This document shows, one piece after another, positions 58,390-64,000 of a stretch of 64,000 nt of DNA (position 1 is its first letter; each line of letters opens with the position of its first letter). The stretch lies in assembly GCA_007121075.1 (NCBI GenBank), contig SKMK01000042.1, forward strand, positions 2,098 to 66,097. The letters run 5' to 3'. A program made the position numbers and the translations under genes. The notes below the pieces were generated by a model. The model was not told the DNA's origin and made no database searches. It saw only the letters and a program-made list of their open reading frames with translations. The DNA is from Syntrophomonadaceae bacterium (lineage in GTDB: Bacteria; Bacillota; Dethiobacteria; DTU022).

Positions 58390-59274
58390 CTAATTTTCCT
58401 TCCTGTAAAGCGGCCTGGTTAAACAAGTTGGTCCGCCGCCGCCTTTGACGGTGATATCTTTGCCGGGATATTCGTAGACTAAAGCTCCCTCTTTTTCAAG
58501 GGCTGCCCTGATAATCGGGTTGCCCGCGATCATGACACATTTACGCGGTCCCAAGGTCAGGACATTGCTTCCAAAGTTATTGTATTCACTGTCAGGGACT
58601 TCTATTAGTTTGAATCCTTTTTCCAGTAACAGATTGCGGAAAGGGACAACCGTCATCTTTGAATAAACTACGGCCAGATCTTTGTCAACCGGGCTTACCA
58701 TCGAGGTGAGATGCAGGCATTCATCCGGACCGTTCCAGTGAGGGAGCGGTACTTCGATTATTTCTTTGACCAGATCTTTGGTTAATTCCCGTAGCTGGGC
58801 AATTCCATCTTTATTAGTGCGATAGCCCACTCCTACCGCTACAGATTGGTCATCAAACCAGACTACGTCTCCGCCTTCAAGCAGGCCCGGTGGTTTTATT
58901 GTTCCCAGAATCGGTATGCCCAGGTTTTCCAGGTAATCGCCGACTACCGCCGGCTCGTTTTTTCTTTCTTTTTTCCTCATGTTGCACAGGATAGCACCGG
59001 AACTTGTGATCAGAACCGGGTCATGTACGTAGATAGAATCCAAATTAGTTTGATCATCTTCAGGAAGATAAAAGACTTTAGTAACGTGGCTTTCCACGAT
59101 CGTTGCCAGCTGATTAAATTCTTGCAGGGCCTTTTCGAAATTTGGTTTGCCCGGATAATTAAGCTTTTCCCATTGCTGATTGGTATATCCCTGGCCAAAC
59201 CAGGCTTTACCCGGGCTTTTCATCAAGACAGAGTGGATTTCACCTGTTTCAGATTGACCGTTAAAATTGATCAT
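58390..59274 (-). CDS. DDAH/arginine deiminase (pentein) family amidinohydrolase
   Basis: DSIYVHD, LEGGD, RTN..G, CLHL, GGGGPTCLT catalytic Cys. Confidence 0.88.
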   Translation of the reverse strand: MINFNGQSETGEIHSVLMKSPGKAWFGQGYTNQQWEKLNYPGKPNFEKALQEFNQLATIVESHVTKVFYLPEDDQTNLDSIYVHDPVLITSSGAILCNMRKKERKNEPAVVGDYLENLGIPILGTIKPPGLLEGGDVVWFDDQSVAVGVGYRTNKDGIAQLRELTKDLVKEIIEVPLPHWNGPDECLHLTSMVSPVDKDLAVVYSKMTVVPFRNLLLEKGFKLIEVPDSEYNNFGSNVLTLGPRKCVMIAGNPIIRAALEKEGALVYEYPGKDITVKGGGGPTCLTRPLYRKEN

Positions 59275-59377
59275 ATTAACCTCCAGGGATAAATAAAGGT
59301 TATATTTTGTAAATACATTTTATCACATCAGTTATATGAAACCAAAAAGATGGAACAAAATCGCTCGTAAGAAGTTA

Positions 59378-59406
59378 TTGAACGTCAACTTGATCTGCGC
59401 TATAAT
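59378..59406 (+). promoter_or_regulatory. Sigma-A promoter of tRNA-Thr copy 2
   Basis: TTGAAC-17 bp-TATAAT. Confidence 0.7.
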
Positions 59407-59419
59407 ATTTATGCCACGG

Positions 59420-59495
59420 GCCGGCATAGCTCAATTGGTAGAGCAGCTGAATCGTAATCAGCATGTTGGGGGTTCGAGTCCTCTTGCCGGCTCCA
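59420..59495 (+). tRNA. tRNA-Thr(CGT), copy 2, identical to copy 1
   Basis: Same 76-nt sequence including CCA. Confidence 0.96.
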
Positions 59496-59509
59496 TGAAA
59501 GAAAGACTT

Positions 59510-59538
59510 GAGGCCCGGGTTATAACCCGGGCCTCTTT
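59510..59538 (+). terminator. Terminator after tRNA-Thr copy 2
   Basis: GAGGCCCGGGT-tata-ACCCGGGCCTC followed by TTT. Confidence 0.75.
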
Positions 59539-59604
59539 AGGCAATTAGTTTTTATAACAGTTGACATGCAGTATGATGTCATTTCATTTTATATTAGAAA
59601 TATA

Positions 59605-59727
59605 ACCTGTTACCCTGCCGATACCCGGGGGCGCGGCCTGAGCGCGGCTAGCAATGATCATCCCCCCGAAGGGCTCGTACAGGCTATCACAGCGTTTATT
59701 AAAAGTATAGGTAGCAGGCCTGCTTGA
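59605..59727 (+). pseudogene. Alpha/beta hydrolase relic (N- and C-terminal pieces joined)
   Basis: TCYPADTRGRGLS...DHPPEGLVQAITAFIKS*; compare TVYAIDRRGRGQS in 63004-63795. Confidence 0.5.
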
Positions 59728-59914
59728 ATGGGGAAGCACGTTTGGGCCTTTTGTTCCGCCGGGGATACAAATCAAGTTGCTGCTTCTGAACCGGTTCAGG
59801 AAAATACTAAATGCCATGCCTGATCATCATAAATGCGAACAATTTAAATTGACTCAAATTATTTTAACTTTCATGTCGATAACCGCGCACTTTAGCTTTC
59901 AGCCTTTCTAAGAT

Positions 59915-60730
59915 TTACCGCGAGCCCGGGATCTTTTTGATAAATTTGACAAGATCTGAGGTAAAACGTTCAGGTTCTTCCCAGTGGGGTGCGTGCCCAA
60001 ACCCTTCATAGATCAAAAGTTTTGCATTGGGAATGGTTTTTAGCTGTAGATCCTGCGCGCTGCGCGTGGAAACTGGATCCTGATCTCCCCACATAATAAG
60101 AGTAGGAGCCTTGATCTTGCTTTGTTCAGCGGACATGTCTTCCTCCAGGTCACGCAGTAGCACTGCTTGCCAAACCCGGGCCGGAACTTTCAAAGCTTCT
60201 TGCACAATAGTTTCAAGGAACTGCTGAGGGATCTTACCGCCTACGACTTCCTTCTGTAGCTCTTCCATCTGATCCCGATCAAGGGGATCTTCCATTTTCG
60301 ATATTACTGTGTCGTAAAACTCCTGATCGCCCGGATCATTTGATGCGTCTGTAAATGAACCTATGAGGACCAATCCCAGAGTTCGTTCCGGGTAATCCAG
60401 GGCAAAGCGTTTGGCATTGGAACTCCCCATGGAGTGGCCTACCAGTACAGCCTTCTTTATATTCAGGGCATCCATGAAGGCAGCCAGGTCGGATGCGAAA
60501 TCGTTGTATAAATATCCTTTCTCAGGCTTGCTGGAGTCTCCATGTCCCCTTTGGGACAGGGCAATAACTAGAATATCTTCGGGCAGGAACTGTAAAACTG
60601 GTTCAAAGGATCGCCAGGAGTCGCCCATGCCGTGAAGAAGAATCACAGGAATTCCTTCAGTAGAACCCTGTTCAGCATAATTGAGGGTGACCCCTGTAGG
60701 CAGTTCTACTGACTTGACACTCCTTGACAT
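59915..60730 (-). CDS. Alpha/beta fold hydrolase
   Basis: LLHG, QRGHGDS, GHSMG nucleophile elbow, WGDQD, GHAPH. Confidence 0.92.
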   Translation of the reverse strand: MSRSVKSVELPTGVTLNYAEQGSTEGIPVILLHGMGDSWRSFEPVLQFLPEDILVIALSQRGHGDSSKPEKGYLYNDFASDLAAFMDALNIKKAVLVGHSMGSSNAKRFALDYPERTLGLVLIGSFTDASNDPGDQEFYDTVISKMEDPLDRDQMEELQKEVVGGKIPQQFLETIVQEALKVPARVWQAVLLRDLEEDMSAEQSKIKAPTLIMWGDQDPVSTRSAQDLQLKTIPNAKLLIYEGFGHAPHWEEPERFTSDLVKFIKKIPGSR

Positions 60731-61252
60731 TCTTCTCTCTCCTCTCATATAGTATTTTTCAATTCAAAAAAAGGAATCAGCATATTCTAACCTTCAATCT
60801 ATTGAGTAAAATCTCTTTCAAATGAAACAGAGGGATTACCTGTAATCTCTTCCACATTCGATGTTATCTGATCGCCAGGTCTTTTGATGACAACAGGTGA
60901 TCTCTCCTTCTAATAACTGATCTTAATCATTGAACTGTTCGGCGGCACCGGCACTATCGCCGGATTTGATCCACATATTGTCCGAGTATATTACTTATTG
61001 TAATTTTAGATTAAAAAATACCCATCTTTATATAAGCAAAACCCCCATTCTGAAATGATTTCATCATCATTTTTTGATGGGGGTGATAAAAATTATAAAA
61101 TCCATCTGTCACATGCCCAACCGGGTTTGAATACAAAGGTTGGTTTGCCTGTTCCCTGATCGTCTTAGGCCAGTTTAATCGCCTTTTTGGGCAAACGTCG
61201 CCATTAAAAAATTTCCTGGAGATATTGAAATCACCAGGTAACAAAGCAAAGC

Positions 61253-61520
61253 TTACACTTCAGTGTCATCATGCATGACCTGCCATATCATCACGAACTT
61301 ATCTGTAAGAGAACCGTAGTATTTGCTGAAAAAGGTTTCCTGGAGTTCCATGTTGACTGTGCTGCCTATTTTAGCCTGTCAAAAAAGTTTTTATCTCATC
61401 GGTATTCTTTAGCATAACAACAAGGCTGATGTTGTTTCCCTGAACGAGTGGTTCGCCGGGCAGAAGATCGGAAAACATAACAATGGTGCCGAAAATGTCC
61501 AGGAAAGTGTGCATATTCGC
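61253..61520 (-). pseudogene. PhnB-like VOC/glyoxalase family pseudogene (5' truncated, two frameshifts)
   Basis: MHTFLDIFGTIVMFSD...GNNISL...EIKTF / DRL / GSTVNMELQETFFSKYYGSLTDKF..IWQV*. Confidence 0.75.
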
Positions 61521-61532
61521 GAAGTTTGCCGG

Positions 61533-61556
61533 CAAAGACAAAGACAAAGACAAAGA
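61533..61556. repeat. (CAAAGA)x4 microsatellite
   Basis: Four exact tandem copies. Confidence 0.9.
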
Positions 61557-61560
61557 GATT

Positions 61561-61730
61561 GTTGCTTTACAAGCTGCCGTCATCTTCGAGACAATGGGGC
61601 TCAACGTCCCCGCCGATTTGATGGGAATCCAGCTGTTGAATGAGTACCCCCTGGCCCAAGCGCCACGGATTCCTCGATGCTGGCTAAGATCTCAGCACCT
61701 GTGCTGCTGTTGCAGGGAGGGCGCTCATAT
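61561..61730 (+). pseudogene. Alpha/beta hydrolase internal fragment
   Basis: PGPSATDSSMLAKISAPVLLLQGGRS (61650-61727) resembles SKIKAPTLIMWG and SGLTIPTLLLSGGES of the neighbours. Confidence 0.45.
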
Positions 61731-61743
61731 TGCCACCTCTGCT

Positions 61744-62895
61744 TCATGAGACATCTTCCAGCCAGGCTGCCATAACGTCCAGCGCCAGCCCAATGTTACC
61801 CACCTGGCAGTGGTTTTGGGCGTGTTCCTCCCGGGTGAAGATACGGTCCTTGACCGAACGGGCGTTAGTCAGGGTTTCAATTTGCAAACGGTGGAGCTTA
61901 AGGTGTATGTTGAACTGACCGAAGTGATCCTCCGCGCCCGTGAGCAGCAGCACGTCTTGTGTCACCCGGTCCGAATGGAGGTTTTCAGCGTTCATATCCA
62001 GGATTACCCGGGTCGCTGCTGCCGGTGATTCTTCGCCGCTAATGTGCAGCAGGTTATTGAGGGCCCAGCGTTCCTGCTGGTTGAAACGGGCCTGGAGCCA
62101 GCTAATGCGGTCAAAGAACCCCGGAAATCTAAACAGGAATTTGACCATTGCCACCAGCGGGCCGGGTACTGCAGCCAGGAAATCGTAGCCCACGCCAATG
62201 ATAATGACCCGAGCGATGCGGGACTCAAAGGCGGCAGCCCGGACACAGAGCCAGGCCCCCATAGAGATGCCCAGGATGGTCACATCCTCACAACCGTAGT
62301 GATCAAGCACAGCAGCTGTGGGTTTCTCCCATTCATTGTTCCAGTAAAGCTGGTGATATTTTAGTGCGCCGCCCTGCCCCGGTCCCTCAAACATGATAAC
62401 ATCATACCCCCGCTCGGCGAAGTACCAGGCCATGGAGTAGAATTCCTCCATGAAAGAGTCGAATCCGCCGTGGATGAGGATGGTGCCGCGTCTTTCTTCC
62501 TGTTGAGCAGGTAGGCGCAGGGTCGGCAGTGCGCCGCCATCGTAAGGAATGTTCACCCGTTCGATTTTGATGGGATCAGCGGAAGTTACCTTGCTGTAAA
62601 AGAGGTTGATGAAGCGGTCATAGAGGCCAAGTTTCTCTGTATCGTGGGGCGGGACAAAGAACTCCGCCCCGCGTAAGTAAAAAGTACCATTCACGTAGCG
62701 CTCTTCGGCCAGGGCCCGCTCCCCCTCCCGCACCATTTCATTCTTGAAATCATCCATCCCCCGCATGCGTGCCGCCGCTGCTTTTAGGTCTTTAAGACGG
62801 CAGTAACCAAGTGAGTGCCAGCGGTTAAGCTGGTAATTGACAATCTTTATTTGGTGGATGTCATGGTAGCCAACGGGAAATGAAAAACGGCCCAT
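61744..62895 (-). CDS. Alpha/beta hydrolase (FrsA/DHPON-hydrolase-like, S9 fold)
   Basis: HGGFDS..EE, FEGPGQG, GISMG, GAEDH, HCQVGN; ATG 62895 after AAGGAGG. Confidence 0.85.
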   Translation of the reverse strand: MGRFSFPVGYHDIHQIKIVNYQLNRWHSLGYCRLKDLKAAAARMRGMDDFKNEMVREGERALAEERYVNGTFYLRGAEFFVPPHDTEKLGLYDRFINLFYSKVTSADPIKIERVNIPYDGGALPTLRLPAQQEERRGTILIHGGFDSFMEEFYSMAWYFAERGYDVIMFEGPGQGGALKYHQLYWNNEWEKPTAAVLDHYGCEDVTILGISMGAWLCVRAAAFESRIARVIIIGVGYDFLAAVPGPLVAMVKFLFRFPGFFDRISWLQARFNQQERWALNNLLHISGEESPAAATRVILDMNAENLHSDRVTQDVLLLTGAEDHFGQFNIHLKLHRLQIETLTNARSVKDRIFTREEHAQNHCQVGNIGLALDVMAAWLEDVS

Positions 62896-63003
62896 CAGTC
62901 TTCCTCCTTGCATGACAACTGGTGTTCCTTGTTAGCATTAGGTAATATTTCCCGATTACCCTGGTATGGAGGACGCTCACAACTGGTCCAATATCATTTA
63001 AAC

Positions 63004-63795
63004 TCATATCCGGGCAAATTTCATTACTTCATCTGTAAATAAATCCGGAGCGGTTTGGGCTGCATCGTGTTCCTGGCCTTCAAGTATTGCAATTTTACTG
63101 TTAGGCAAAGCATTGTCAAGCTTTTTTGTTGCTTCTTTAAATAATGGTAAGCTTTCGCCACCGGATAATAAAAGGGTTGGAATAGTCAGTCCACTGAATC
63201 GTTTAGCATCAAATACATATTCTGCATCCGCCTGCAGCTCACGGGGTAATGTGGGAGCCGCATTCACCATCACAGTCCAGTATGGTGTTGCCCGATATTT
63301 GTCAACTTCATCAGGCGGCATGCCGAGTAATGTTTCCAGATGCACTAAGAGGGCTTTTTCGTTATCCCCCTGATCTAAGGCGGATTCAATTTCGGAGAAA
63401 GTTTTTAGCAGGAATTCATCCGGCTTTTCGCTTTCATCCATTATTGGTGGTTCATATAGGATTAATTTGTGCAAATTATTAGTTCTAAGCGCTGCCTCCA
63501 AGGCAACTATACCACCGTGGGAATGGCCAAGCAGGATCACCGGCTCGTCAATCATATCGACAACTGCGGCAACATCATTGAACTCCAGTTCTATCTTGTA
63601 TTCGGTGGTATCACCGCTCTGGCCACGTCCGCGACGATCGATTGCATAAACTGTCAAGTATTTAGCCATTGCAGGTTGAACCATCTCCCAGCATGTATGG
63701 TCATCAGGGGGCCCATGAACAAGAACAACGGGGGGACCGTTCCCCGTTTTTTCGTAAGCTATTAAAGTTCCATCTGGTGACTTAACTGTATTCAT
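63004..63795 (-). CDS. Alpha/beta fold hydrolase
   Basis: SPDGT.IAY, LVHG, DRRGRGQS, GHSHG, LYEPP, GQEH. Confidence 0.92.
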   Translation of the reverse strand: MNTVKSPDGTLIAYEKTGNGPPVVLVHGPPDDHTCWEMVQPAMAKYLTVYAIDRRGRGQSGDTTEYKIELEFNDVAAVVDMIDEPVILLGHSHGGIVALEAALRTNNLHKLILYEPPIMDESEKPDEFLLKTFSEIESALDQGDNEKALLVHLETLLGMPPDEVDKYRATPYWTVMVNAAPTLPRELQADAEYVFDAKRFSGLTIPTLLLSGGESLPLFKEATKKLDNALPNSKIAILEGQEHDAAQTAPDLFTDEVMKFARI

Positions 63796-64000
63796 ATTAT
63801 ATAACCCTCCCAGTCGAGTTGCTTAATTTGTATTAATAATATCACATTTCAATGTTTTGTGAAAATTGCAGCATAAAATAATGCATACAAGTTTTATGTT
63901 AAATGGTGAACTCAGGTGTTTAGCATTTGTATATCTTTTCTATTGAAACTAAGTGCAACACAAGAAAGATAAGTTATTGGCTCGGCTTAATAGTCTCGAT

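Noticed and set aside
59336-59548. 70-aa ORF
   Set aside because: Runs through the tRNA gene and its terminator
59584-59817. 77-aa minus-strand ORF, or a riboswitch in the GC-rich patch
   Set aside because: No riboswitch consensus; a plus-strand hydrolase relic explains the patch better

Overview
Origin-proximal core region of an anaerobic, Clostridia-like Bacillota chromosome (taxonomy inferred from gene content). Almost all genes lie on the + strand: jag-mnmE-rsmG-noc-soj-spo0J with two parS sites, an M23 peptidase/bactofilin pair, adk, ychF, rpsF-ssb-rpsR, rplI-dnaB, walRK-yycHI-murA-htrA, rho-rpmE-prfA-prmC, sua5-ywlE-rpiB, a complete nine-gene Na+-type V/A-ATPase operon at the usual F1Fo position, a second murA, gap with a cupin PGI, and the three-gene methanogen-type sulfide/homocysteine system. 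From about 51.6 kb the window is accessory. Two identical tRNA-Thr(CGT) genes, each with its own promoter and terminator, flank a 7.7 kb cargo (SLC13 transporter, two CBS proteins, ornithine racemase-like, amidinohydrolase-like). A cluster of intact and decayed alpha/beta hydrolases follows. The most notable unexplained signals are three long nested-hairpin leader regions (before rho, gap and the CBS pair), a strongly altered DnaB H4 motif, the duplicated tRNA with A32, and several unannotated gene relics. No CRISPR array, integrase or intact transposase was seen. All family calls come from motif recognition by eye and all RNA folds are manual.
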